Below are positions 19,589-28,535 of a DNA stretch of 64,000 nt, piece after piece. The stretch comes from a virus. Position 1 is the stretch's first letter; the number at the start of each line of letters is the position of its first letter. A program made the translations under genes and the position numbers. The stretch covers positions 1-64,000 of the IMG/VR virus record IMGVR_UViG_3300020596_000014. One strand, written 5' to 3'. The notes under the pieces are model-generated. The model saw only the letters and a program-made list of their open reading frames with translations. It ran no database searches and was not told the origin of the DNA.

Positions 19589-20487
19589 TGTAAAATATCC
19601 ATGAACATCTGGCGATAAGCACTCATGCCTCCAGGCAGTTTCATGTCTTCTACATCAGGAATGGCGGGTGTGGCGAGCGTCACGTCATCGTTGATGGCGT
19701 AGGCAGGCAGAACTTGCTCAGCAATACCAACAGGGGTGGAGACCATAGGCAAGCCGACGAGGCCGGCTTCAAGCAATGATTGTGGACCGCCTTCTTCTCT
19801 TGCTGTCACGACGTAGAGATCGGCACATTGATAGAGCTCGTTGAGCGTCTCCTGCGGAGGTCGCTCGATGTAAGTGAAAGGCACGCCGGCGGACGTCAGA
19901 CGTCGGACAACATATTGTCTACGCCACCCACCTAAGAGAATGTGAACGTTTGGGTCTTGACGAAAGAACTCGATAAACGCGTCCGCGAGTCTGTCGGCCC
20001 CTTTTTCAAGTTTGGGAGACATGAGATCATTCCCTTCAGTGTCACGTTGTGCCGACATCAGAATACGTGCGCTAGCAGGTAGCTTGTATTTCTCTCTTAA
20101 CGTAACCTTCTCGCCAGTGGCGCGCCAACGGTGCTGATTAGCCCAATACGGAACGAGGTGAATTGGTTTCACGGTCAACTGTCGAACAAAATCGAGAGTG
20201 CGACTGTTGTAGACATGGTACGCATTCGTGATCTCGTCACGCTCAGCAAAATCACGACGCGCAGTCTCGTCGAACTTGTCCTTGACAATGTGGTGGACGG
20301 TCGTCAAAACCATCTTCTCACGAAGCTGTTGAATACTTACAGAACGCCATCGCCAGTCGCTGAGAAGCCACAGCAATGTTGCGTCGCGTGGTGTATGAGC
20401 AACAATGTCACGGCACATAAATTGGAAATCCTCGACCAACAGGTCACATATCCAGTTTTCTTCGGCTGGCAAAACCCACACCTTCAT
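19585..20487 (-). CDS. Glycosyltransferase, GT4-like
   Basis: EKG.D; LYQCADLYVV..REEGGPQSLLEA...P.VST.VG. Confidence 0.85.
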   Translation of the reverse strand: MKVWVLPAEENWICDLLVEDFQFMCRDIVAHTPRDATLLWLLSDWRWRSVSIQQLREKMVLTTVHHIVKDKFDETARRDFAERDEITNAYHVYNSRTLDFVRQLTVKPIHLVPYWANQHRWRATGEKVTLREKYKLPASARILMSAQRDTEGNDLMSPKLEKGADRLADAFIEFFRQDPNVHILLGGWRRQYVVRRLTSAGVPFTYIERPPQETLNELYQCADLYVVTAREEGGPQSLLEAGLVGLPMVSTPVGIAEQVLPAYAINDDVTLATPAIPDVEDMKLPGGMSAYRQMFMDILQ

Positions 20488-20510
20488 GTCAGGAAGTCTA
20501 GATTGTCTAC

Positions 20511-21044
20511 ATGAACTTTTCCGGGAAATATGCTTTACTGTGTCGTCTTATCCGCGATCATAACTGTCAGAGTTTCGTGGAAACTGGCACATACGAGGCG
20601 CGGATGAGTCTTGCCATCTCTGACATCCTTCCGAACGTGCGTACGATCGAGTTGAGCGAGACACTACATCGAGACAACGTTGAACGTATCGCGAAGGCGA
20701 AGAAGGAGAATACCATCATGCTCATTTGTGATCACAGCGTAAAGGGTCTGCCAACGGCTCTACACGACGCCGTACGACCACTTGTCTGGCTCGACGCTCA
20801 CTGGTCAGCGGGGAAGACCGCGCGCGACGACAGTGGCAGTGACACGCCGGTTGTTGCGGAACTTCAGTCTCTAAGAGCACTGCTCACTGTCGATGGAGTT
20901 GTCGCGATCGACGACATCTGGTGTTTCGATGGACAGAATGGGTACCCGACGGTCGCTGCCTTGACAGAGCTCATCGTCACACAGTGGCCTGAGGCCGTGC
21001 CAACTCGTGAAGACGACGTCATTTGGTTTATCACCAAAGTGTGA
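20511..21044 (+). CDS. SAM-dependent methyltransferase-like protein
   Basis: FVETGT, TIELS, WLDAHWS, IDD; the only plus-strand gene in the island. Confidence 0.75.
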   Translation: MNFSGKYALLCRLIRDHNCQSFVETGTYEARMSLAISDILPNVRTIELSETLHRDNVERIAKAKKENTIMLICDHSVKGLPTALHDAVRPLVWLDAHWSAGKTARDDSGSDTPVVAELQSLRALLTVDGVVAIDDIWCFDGQNGYPTVAALTELIVTQWPEAVPTREDDVIWFITKV

Positions 21045-21089
21045 CGTCGTAACTCTCGAGACTATCAAGTAGCTTCTTACGTTAGAGTC

Positions 21090-21863
21090 TCACGTGATCT
21101 TGTCAGCGACGCGACCCTTGTTCCTCTTCATACGAAGCTCGTTGATTTCTACACTGTCCGGGTCTTCCGGACGCTTCTTGAATTGCGTAGACTTGTACTC
21201 ATGCCGATCCCATTCTTCGGGTGACATAGGAACGTAAAAATACAACGCAAGTGATTTTCGTGTCATTCCCTCAGGGCATGCGAGCGGATCGGGATGACCA
21301 TGGTTTGACTTCATATCTGTTCGGAAGATGACAACGCGGTTGAACACCGGCGACACCTTCTTCATACAACATGTCATGTCAGCGTTCCACAACTGAAGCT
21401 CTCCGCCGTAGCTGTCATCCCAGTTCTCGTTGACATAGACGATCATGTTGACCTTGCGAAAGGCTTTCATGGGACGGTGAATGTTGTAGTCTTCGTGCAC
21501 ATCGAGCTTACCGCCAGGCTTGATCTGGTGAAGTCCGCCGCCGTTCAACGTATGGTCAGGGACGAGATTCTCGAGACCTGTGAGACGTCCAAGCTGACCT
21601 ACCACGTCAGACGAGTTCGCCTCGTCGAAGAACTCACGAAAGTCTACATCGAGCTGTGACAGGTCGTTGAACGCAAACTTGCGCTCAAGCGGGTTGTCGT
21701 ACTGCCACCACTTTTTCTCCTCGACACTCGGGTACTTCGGGATAAGCCCACGAAGTGCTTCTGAATCGAGCAGGTTATCGATGACGACATACGGGAACGG
21801 CTGCGCCGAGTTGAAGATCTCGATAGTCGCGGCGGTGTCAATGCGTTTGGTGAAGAACTTCAT
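21090..21863 (-). CDS. 2OG-Fe(II) oxygenase (prolyl-hydroxylase-like)
   Basis: PFPYVVIDN, GGGLH, HED (HxD), GGEL.LW, FNR, HGH, RKS. Internal ATG at 21863; in frame with an upstream 69-codon segment. Confidence 0.85.
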   Translation of the reverse strand: MKFFTKRIDTAATIEIFNSAQPFPYVVIDNLLDSEALRGLIPKYPSVEEKKWWQYDNPLERKFAFNDLSQLDVDFREFFDEANSSDVVGQLGRLTGLENLVPDHTLNGGGLHQIKPGGKLDVHEDYNIHRPMKAFRKVNMIVYVNENWDDSYGGELQLWNADMTCCMKKVSPVFNRVVIFRTDMKSNHGHPDPLACPEGMTRKSLALYFYVPMSPEEWDRHEYKSTQFKKRPEDPDSVEINELRMKRNKGRVADKIT

Positions 21864-22070
21864 TTTTTTGTTCATCAAGCGATGAACGTATTTTTTCGCG
21901 AATCCAAACGTCAGCTCTCTTCCGACGATTCGAACGCGCGCTGAGGGTGTAGCAGGAATACGATACACCGTGAACCTTTTCCGGCGGCCGGCAGCGTGAT
22001 CGGGGACGATGACGAAGTAACAACCATAATAACCCACGCGTTTCTCTGTCGTGATCGTTGTGTGCTTCAC
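21864..22070 (-). CDS. Small basic hypothetical segment, fused in frame to the oxygenase through an A7 run
   Basis: GTG 22070 overlaps the phosphatase stop; sequence is unrelated to the oxygenase fold. Confidence 0.5.
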
Positions 22071-22504
22071 GGTTTGTACTTCTCGTGCCAGGCGTTGAGA
22101 ACGTGTCGGTAGACCAACATGTTCGGTCGGTAACGTGGGTTGCCGAAGATTGGCTTGTCACTGCCGTTGAGAACAAGGTGAAGCGCTGCAGCGACTGCCG
22201 CCGAACGACTCTTACCAGCGGTGCAATGGATCACAATTCGTTGAGCGTCGGGATGAGCAAGAACGAGATCAACAACCCTTTCGCCATCACTTGGTTGAGC
22301 GAGCGGACAGCTCTCTTGAGTCTGTCCTGCGGAGTGAGTGTCCAGATCCCAAAAGAAAAGGTTGAGCCGGCCAAGGGTATGCTCATTCACTTTGATGTTA
22401 GCCGGGTCTTCGCCCGGGCAATTGATAGAAATGAAGATGTGCGGCACATCGTGAGGCTCCATGGCCTCGATGAGCGGGCGACTGAAGACTTGGATATCGA
22501 TCAC
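22067..22504 (-). CDS. Predicted protein-tyrosine (CX5R) phosphatase
   Basis: ISI..P, FWD, IHCTAGKSRSAAVA, PN.LV. Confidence 0.85.
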   Translation of the reverse strand: MIDIQVFSRPLIEAMEPHDVPHIFISINCPGEDPANIKVNEHTLGRLNLFFWDLDTHSAGQTQESCPLAQPSDGERVVDLVLAHPDAQRIVIHCTAGKSRSAAVAAALHLVLNGSDKPIFGNPRYRPNMLVYRHVLNAWHEKYKP

Positions 22505-23469
22505 GGGTTCACCATGTTGTTGATCCAGAGGTAGGTTTCAGACATGTGATCAACCAGTTTTATGGTGGGTTCCCACCCAAGCTTCTCTTTGATCAATTTG
22601 TTACAAGAAACACGCCCATTGACACCAACGGGTCCTGTGATGTGATTGAGCGTAAGTTTCTTTCCAGAGATGGTAATGATCATGTTCGCCAACTCGTCGA
22701 TCGTGACCATCTCCGTCGATCCAATGTTCACAGGACCCTGGAAGTCCGAACGCATCAAACGAAGCGTTCCCTCAACACATTCACTGACGTGGAGAAAGCT
22801 TCGCGTTTGCTGTCCGGTCCCCCAGATGTCGATCGAAGTGCCGTCGTTGGCTAGCGCAACTTTACGACACAGAGCCGCCGGTGCCTTTTCACGACCACCT
22901 TGATACGTTCCCATTTTTCCGTAAATGTTGTGGTACCTGGCAATCCTGACGGTTAGTCCCTTGTTACGAGCAAACGCGTCATACAGTCGCTCGCTGAAGA
23001 TCTTCTCGAGTCCGTAAGGCGAATCAGGCGAAGCAGGCCAAGCAGAACTTTCTTCGCAGTTCGGGTTGAGCGAGTCTTTCTGATTCTCCTCAGCGTAGAC
23101 GCATGCACTTGAGCTCCAGAAGATCCTGGATTGCGGGCAATGCTTCGCGATCGCGTTCAGTGTGTTCACGTTGATCGCGACGCTGTTGCTCATGATCTCA
23201 GCGTCATGTTGCCCAGAAAATATATGGAGAGCTCCTCCCATGTCGGCCGCCAGAGCGTACCACTCGGTTATGCCTTGCTTTGCGAGGTTATCGGCGACGT
23301 ACGGATCACGGAGGTCGCCTTGCGCGAAGGTCTCGCCAGGAAGCAAGTCACGGAACTCCGGCTTCTTGACATCAACAATAATGGTCTCGTATCCTTCAGA
23401 GATAAGATGCTCAGAAAGATGAGAACCGATAAACCCGCCGCCGCCCGTGATGATCGCTCGCTTAGTCAT
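22501..23469 (-). CDS. NAD-dependent epimerase, GDP-mannose 3,5-epimerase-like
   Basis: GGGGFIG, LAADMGG, SSSACVY, YGLEK, GGREKAPAALCRK. Confidence 0.85.
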   Translation of the reverse strand: MTKRAIITGGGGFIGSHLSEHLISEGYETIIVDVKKPEFRDLLPGETFAQGDLRDPYVADNLAKQGITEWYALAADMGGALHIFSGQHDAEIMSNSVAINVNTLNAIAKHCPQSRIFWSSSACVYAEENQKDSLNPNCEESSAWPASPDSPYGLEKIFSERLYDAFARNKGLTVRIARYHNIYGKMGTYQGGREKAPAALCRKVALANDGTSIDIWGTGQQTRSFLHVSECVEGTLRLMRSDFQGPVNIGSTEMVTIDELANMIITISGKKLTLNHITGPVGVNGRVSCNKLIKEKLGWEPTIKLVDHMSETYLWINNMVNP

Positions 23470-23471
23470 TG

Positions 23472-24263
23472 TTACCGCAGAAGATAAGCCGCCTCGGTGA
23501 GAACCCGATCTTTGGTCTTCTCATAACAGTGATGCATCACCCATGGATAACTCTCTAAGATCGGCACCTTGTTGACACACATGAAGTAGTTGACTGCCGT
23601 TTGCTCTGATGCATTCCACACCTTCGCCTTCGTGCCTGGCGAATCTGGAAAGTGTGACACATCTGAGATGTCAACAGCGATAAGCTTCTCGCAATACCCC
23701 ACAATGTCAGTCGCCGCGGCGTGATACTCCGTGCTTAAGCCAAGCGTACCCATGTTGAAGATGGGGAAATCCTCGGTCCCGAGACCGACACGCGCTGCCT
23801 TGCGCTCGCCCCAATACTCTCGCCCTCCAGAGCACAGACGTTCACGCTTCCAGGCGATACCGCCTTTATGCTGCAATAGGTCAACGATCGGCTTGAGACA
23901 GGTGAGATCGTTGTCGAGCTTCAGCGAAGTGCCCTTGCCGTCATTGTTCATCTGCACGATCTTGACGAGCGGCCAGAATGAGTACCAGTGTGATTGCCAC
24001 TCCTTGATCTCTTTTGAGAGATCGACGGTATCAACGAAGTCCAGCGACACGTTGTACCGATCAAGCTTGTCGAGAATGAGCGCGCAGTCATCAGTGAAGA
24101 CGCGGTACAACATCTTGGGGTTGTGATGTAAGAAGGTCGCGATAGAGGCTGCTGTATACGAGAAGATGTAGTCCTTCGACTTGTAGACGTCTTTTGCCCA
24201 ATGCCGGCCCGAGTCGGTCACAGTCTTGAGATCGTAATCAAAAACAAGAGAATAAACGCTCAC
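23472..24263 (-). CDS. Putative GT-A-fold glycosyltransferase
   Basis: S..TF, VFTD, LKLDND (DxD), FNMG, EQ; start moved to GTG 24263. Confidence 0.55.
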   Translation of the reverse strand: MSVYSLVFDYDLKTVTDSGRHWAKDVYKSKDYIFSYTAASIATFLHHNPKMLYRVFTDDCALILDKLDRYNVSLDFVDTVDLSKEIKEWQSHWYSFWPLVKIVQMNNDGKGTSLKLDNDLTCLKPIVDLLQHKGGIAWKRERLCSGGREYWGERKAARVGLGTEDFPIFNMGTLGLSTEYHAAATDIVGYCEKLIAVDISDVSHFPDSPGTKAKVWNASEQTAVNYFMCVNKVPILESYPWVMHHCYEKTKDRVLTEAAYLLR

Positions 24264-24370
24264 TTTAGCCACCTCTTCACACGCGCCAATGCTACGTCGC
24301 CCCAGGCAATGATCACCACGAGAGCAGAGATGGCTCCGATGACGCTGCAGGTCGCTTGCAAGTAGATCAC
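24260..24370 (-). CDS. 36-aa membrane microprotein, copy 1
   Basis: MIYLQATCSVIGAISALVVIIAWGDVALARVKRWLK; GTGA overlaps at both ends; paralog at 25819-25983. Confidence 0.7.
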   Translation of the reverse strand: MIYLQATCSVIGAISALVVIIAWGDVALARVKRWLK

Positions 24371-25128
24371 GACGTTGAGCTCCACACAAGTACTTGAAAT
24401 TCACTCTTCTTCACGTCTTCTTGTTGAATGCGTGATTCGCCAGAAACACTGTCTTGAAGCTCAGCGAGTGAGTATTGATTGTCGGCGTTTCGTGGCTGCG
24501 AGTTGAAGGTTACGTACCCGCTCGACGCACGCTTCATCAGTCTGTTGACGTACTGATCTTGTACGTCACGCGTGAGCTCGGTCAGCGCATAGTTGCTGAT
24601 GAACGTATCGACAGACAACACGTCGTACTCGAAGCAGCTCATGTAGTTGACGTTCGTGATGCCGTACGACTCTAGAAAACGCTTCGTGAGCGCTAACGCC
24701 TCAGGTAGATCGACGATCGTGTAGCTCTTCGGCGTGTGGAAAGCATGAATCATGCGACAAAGACCGCCGTATCCGCCTCCAACCTCCACGACGTCAGCGA
24801 AATCGAGCTGTACGCCATTCTGGCGCATGTCGAGCACGTTCCAGGTGTAACGCAGTGTAGTAGACGTCCAAGCTTGACCTTCAATGAGAAACAAACGTGG
24901 CCCACCAATCTTATCGTTCAGCTGGATCTTCTCGAGATTCTCCTTGAAAAACTCGGTGTTCTTTAGCTTCACATGATAGCCGAAGCCGACGCAGTCCGGC
25001 ACTCCTTCCACAATCTCGCGAACACCCGGTTCGCGACGAAAGAAGTTGAAGACGACATCGTCTTCAGCAGCTCTCTTGAGTGAGTCGATGTATCGATTAA
25101 TACAATCCACGGGTGCGAGCCAAGTCAT
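24367..25128 (-). CDS. Putative sugar O-methyltransferase
   Basis: ND.IG.P, TTLRY, VVEVGGGYGG, IVDLPE, FISNYALTEL. Confidence 0.8.
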   Translation of the reverse strand: MTWLAPVDCINRYIDSLKRAAEDDVVFNFFRREPGVREIVEGVPDCVGFGYHVKLKNTEFFKENLEKIQLNDKIGGPRLFLIEGQAWTSTTLRYTWNVLDMRQNGVQLDFADVVEVGGGYGGLCRMIHAFHTPKSYTIVDLPEALALTKRFLESYGITNVNYMSCFEYDVLSVDTFISNYALTELTRDVQDQYVNRLMKRASSGYVTFNSQPRNADNQYSLAELQDSVSGESRIQQEDVKKSEFQVLVWSSTS

Positions 25129-25150
25129 ATGTTGAGCTTCTGAATGATCG

Positions 25151-25828
25151 TCACGTGTCTCTCACCGCATCCAGGTCATGTTTTCTTTTTGTCACATATA
25201 ACGCATCACCCCATTCACGGTTAGTCATTGTGATATGCTCGCGTTTAAAATTGAAATTTTCCAGATATTGATCTAGCTCAGAAAGCTGGACACATTCGCT
25301 GTATAATTCAGCTGTGTTTACTTCTATCATAAGATAATCAAAATTGCTAAGCAATTCACCTATCCCTTGAAGAACAAGCAATTCGGCTCCTTGAACGTCG
25401 ATGTTGAGAAAGTTAAAATCTGACATTGTCAAGTTATTTTTGGACGCAAAAGAATCAAATCTAGTAGTTTTTAGACTAATTTGCTCGCGAACTTTCACAT
25501 GTGGGTAATAAACCAAGTGTTTGTTAAGTTTGAGCATCGACGAAGAGCCTGTGTTACCTCTGCCATTATCAGTTACTTGAAATTCTACTTTAGAATCATC
25601 TTTATCGGCTAAAAGTAAACAATGGGCTTCATGTCCATGATACGAATCAATATTCTCACAGAGTGATTTGTATGTTTGCGGGTTTGCTTCAAACCATACA
25701 ACACGTGTGATACCGTGATCGCGATATTCATCACGCTCACAGCCAACGTATGCACCAATGTGTATCACACCTTTTATAGGGAGAATTGAGTTATACTGTT
25801 TGTGAATATCGTTAAAATTTAATAGCAT
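25151..25828 (-). CDS. FkbM-family methyltransferase
   Basis: VIHIGA, WFEANP, SSSML, NIDVQGAELLVLQG; AT-rich. Confidence 0.88.
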   Translation of the reverse strand: MLLNFNDIHKQYNSILPIKGVIHIGAYVGCERDEYRDHGITRVVWFEANPQTYKSLCENIDSYHGHEAHCLLLADKDDSKVEFQVTDNGRGNTGSSSMLKLNKHLVYYPHVKVREQISLKTTRFDSFASKNNLTMSDFNFLNIDVQGAELLVLQGIGELLSNFDYLMIEVNTAELYSECVQLSELDQYLENFNFKREHITMTNREWGDALYVTKRKHDLDAVRDT

Positions 25829-25983
25829 TTGACTCCGTCTTCTAAGCCGTACTCGTAAGTCTGTCGTATAACATCTGCCACCCATGCCTTTGCTTTCATC
25901 CACGCTACGTCGCCCCATGTAATGATCACGATGAGTGACGAGATGCCGCCGAGGATGTTACAGGCGAGCTGCACGTAGATCAT
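25819..25983 (-). CDS. 54-aa membrane microprotein, copy 2
   Basis: MIYVQLACNILGGISSLIVIITWGDVAWMKAKAWVADVIRQTYEYGLEDGVKCY; ATGA overlap upstream. Confidence 0.7.
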   Translation of the reverse strand: MIYVQLACNILGGISSLIVIITWGDVAWMKAKAWVADVIRQTYEYGLEDGVKCY

Positions 25984-26678
25984 TGTGTGTACGAGAAATC
26001 AACGCGGGATGCAAGATAGTTCTTGTACTCGTAATCCTCGGGGAAGGACGTGGTGTGATTCAATCCATCTTTCTCGATGGTGTAGAAATGTTCGAACCCG
26101 CATGTGCGAAGATAGTTGACAACGGTCTCGAGTGTGATGTTCGCGTCGATGTAGGTCCCGCCATACTCAAACTGGATGTACTTGGCTGACGTGAGTAGAG
26201 CGGGCGCGCCTAAGAGCACGTTGAGCTCGTAGCCTTCAACGTCGATCTTGATGAAGTCGACAACATGTTGAACAAGGTTGTCAAGTCGATCGTGACCAAC
26301 TTGGATTGACGTTGCGTTGATCTCGCGCGGCACCGATTTGCGCCACAATATCGATTCAGACGTCGCGTAGTACGGGACCGTGCCATCAGAAGAGATGTCA
26401 GCTGCCACGCAATGGATCGTGACGTTTGATCGATCACGATACACAGTGTTCAGCGTGTTGTAGTGAGATGGGTTTGGCTCAACCAAGTCAAAGCGACACG
26501 CATCTTGTTCAGCTTTTGTTAAGTGATCGATCAACGTCGACGCGTTGCACGCTCCCACGTCGATTGCGATGCAAGCGTTATACTCACGATGAAGCCATAG
26601 CCATGTTGCCACTTCACCGTTTTGCAACGGATCACACTGTTTATGCGCCAAAAGCGGTCGTTCGTAGATTTCCATCAA
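25980..26678 (-). CDS. FkbM-family methyltransferase
   Basis: IDVGA, VEPNP, IKIDVEGYELNVLLGA, IQFEY. Confidence 0.88.
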   Translation of the reverse strand: MMEIYERPLLAHKQCDPLQNGEVATWLWLHREYNACIAIDVGACNASTLIDHLTKAEQDACRFDLVEPNPSHYNTLNTVYRDRSNVTIHCVAADISSDGTVPYYATSESILWRKSVPREINATSIQVGHDRLDNLVQHVVDFIKIDVEGYELNVLLGAPALLTSAKYIQFEYGGTYIDANITLETVVNYLRTCGFEHFYTIEKDGLNHTTSFPEDYEYKNYLASRVDFSYTQ

Positions 26679-27583
26679 GAATCCCTCAACGCGTCCAAAT
26701 TTAGAACAATATTCTTGTAGAGTTTCACGATGTGATCGATGTGAAACAGCTCGCCTACGGCGAGCGCGCTCGCGCTTTCGGTTACAGAGAGAGAACTACC
26801 TCCAATGAGGTACTCCAAGCTTTCCATCATGCCGTCACGAGTGTCCTCAAAGCGTGTTGCTTTGCCGCCGAACTCGAGATAGCTCTCGTAGGGTGTACAC
26901 ACTGTTCGAATCCCGAATGACTGAAAGTTGGACAGCTTTGTATTCGGCTTGTGACGTCTCATCAGCTCAGCGAACCGCGGCTTGAGATGCCCATCAGCCT
27001 CAGCGAATACAACACCGACGTCAATGGACTTCATGACTTCGACGCATTCTTCACGCGTGTTCGGATGGATAGAAACGAACTCGACTCTCATGTCCGCACA
27101 AAGCTTCTCGATGTTATCTTTCGCCGAAAGCTGCTCAGGCAGACCGACGTAACCGACGCGCTCGACCCGCTTCACTGTATTGATGTGTTTGTCGTAGTTG
27201 ACTGTGTGATGCGGGATCACGTAGATCGGCTTATCGTTCGCGTACGGTTCAAGATCATTCAACGTCACTGTGTTGTTAACAATGTAGAAGTCGCACTCGG
27301 CGTGAGCGTACGCGGAGAGGTTCTCAACTTTTGCGTCACGAAAGAAAGCGTCTCCGCACATAGAATCAGCAATGTCGTAACCGATTTTGTGACCCATTGA
27401 CTTGAGCTGGCGCGCGACGTTCGCGTCATACGTGCGAACAAAGAGTGACACAGAGTTGATGGCTTGTGAGTAATCCATATTGTGGATGTCGAGTGCTCGA
27501 GCGTCGCTGCCTAACGCAGTTGCGACTTGACGACCACGAATTTCTCCGCTTGTGCGAGAAACCATACACACGAAGTTGATCAT
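26675..27583 (-). CDS. Putative GT-B-fold glycosyltransferase
   Basis: SGEIRG.Q, VGYVG, DVG, KPNTKL.N..S.G; start at ATG 27583. Confidence 0.65.
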   Translation of the reverse strand: MINFVCMVSRTSGEIRGRQVATALGSDARALDIHNMDYSQAINSVSLFVRTYDANVARQLKSMGHKIGYDIADSMCGDAFFRDAKVENLSAYAHAECDFYIVNNTVTLNDLEPYANDKPIYVIPHHTVNYDKHINTVKRVERVGYVGLPEQLSAKDNIEKLCADMRVEFVSIHPNTREECVEVMKSIDVGVVFAEADGHLKPRFAELMRRHKPNTKLSNFQSFGIRTVCTPYESYLEFGGKATRFEDTRDGMMESLEYLIGGSSLSVTESASALAVGELFHIDHIVKLYKNIVLNLDALRDS

Positions 27584-28359
27584 CGACGACGTATTCCTCG
27601 GATGCTCGTGTCGATATTGTACCGCGTCATGAGCTCCTTCATGATCTCCGGATACTCGTCCATGGCCCACTGCCCTTTACAAACCGCCGTACAGACATAT
27701 GGAAATACTTTAGAATCATGATGGAATTTGCCGATTTGCGGCTCCCCATGCCAGACGAAAGCACCCTTGATCCCAAGCTCACGGCATCCGACGTTCCAAT
27801 GTTCACCCTCGAGCCATTTCACCGATTTGACGTGGTTGTACAGCTTGATGAACTCAGATTTTTTCCAGAGGGTGGCTTGCTGCGAAAAAGCATCGTTCGT
27901 GTCCATGTGAACACCAAAGATGTTGTCGCGCACGTGAAGATCAAGCGGTGTTTGATACCCGCAACGGATGAGCCTCGTGTACGAGTAATCGGTTTCAACG
28001 AGGAAATCTCGATACTTCGCAACGAGCTCGTGATTGACGTCGTCGTACAAAAAGAAGTCGTCTTGGAGGTAGATGATGTACTCCTCCTTCACACTCTTCA
28101 ACCCGTCGAGCCACTGCGTGTAGTACGGAGCGCTGTCGTCGTGCTCGATCAGTTCGTGCTCTTTGAAGTCGAACTTCTGGCTCGATCCCTTGTCAGAGAA
28201 CACGTAGGACTTGATGCCACCTAGGTGCTTCGTCAGCTGACCGAAGTGGACGGGCCAGAGGTCGGCGTACTTGGAGGTCGTGTAGGTGACTACAGCGACG
28301 TTGGAGAGTGAATTATTCAACAGGTCCTCACATATCCTTCGTCTCGAAGTTTCGTCCAT
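27580..28359 (-). CDS. Putative GT-A-fold glycosyltransferase
   Basis: Y.DLW, YIIYLQDDFFL, QATLWKK; glycan-cluster context. Confidence 0.65.
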   Translation of the reverse strand: MDETSRRRICEDLLNNSLSNVAVVTYTTSKYADLWPVHFGQLTKHLGGIKSYVFSDKGSSQKFDFKEHELIEHDDSAPYYTQWLDGLKSVKEEYIIYLQDDFFLYDDVNHELVAKYRDFLVETDYSYTRLIRCGYQTPLDLHVRDNIFGVHMDTNDAFSQQATLWKKSEFIKLYNHVKSVKWLEGEHWNVGCRELGIKGAFVWHGEPQIGKFHHDSKVFPYVCTAVCKGQWAMDEYPEIMKELMTRYNIDTSIRGIRRR

Positions 28360-28535
28360 CTGCCCTCACCCGCGTAGAAAAGCGCAGGATGATTCGATTC
28401 AAGACACAAGACGAAATGTGAATTTCCGTCAACTTCGAGAACCAGATGTTCTATGCCAAGAAATTCCCATTCCCAGATCTGGTCAGATTCGATCGGGTCA
28501 CTTTGAGAAAACAGAGTCGAGGATTCGTTGAGCAC
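28317..28535 (-). CDS. Small hypothetical protein
   Basis: 72 aa ORF bridging two glycosyltransferase genes. Confidence 0.4.
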   Translation of the reverse strand: MLNESSTLFSQSDPIESDQIWEWEFLGIEHLVLEVDGNSHFVLCLESNHPALFYAGEGRWTKLRDEGYVRTC

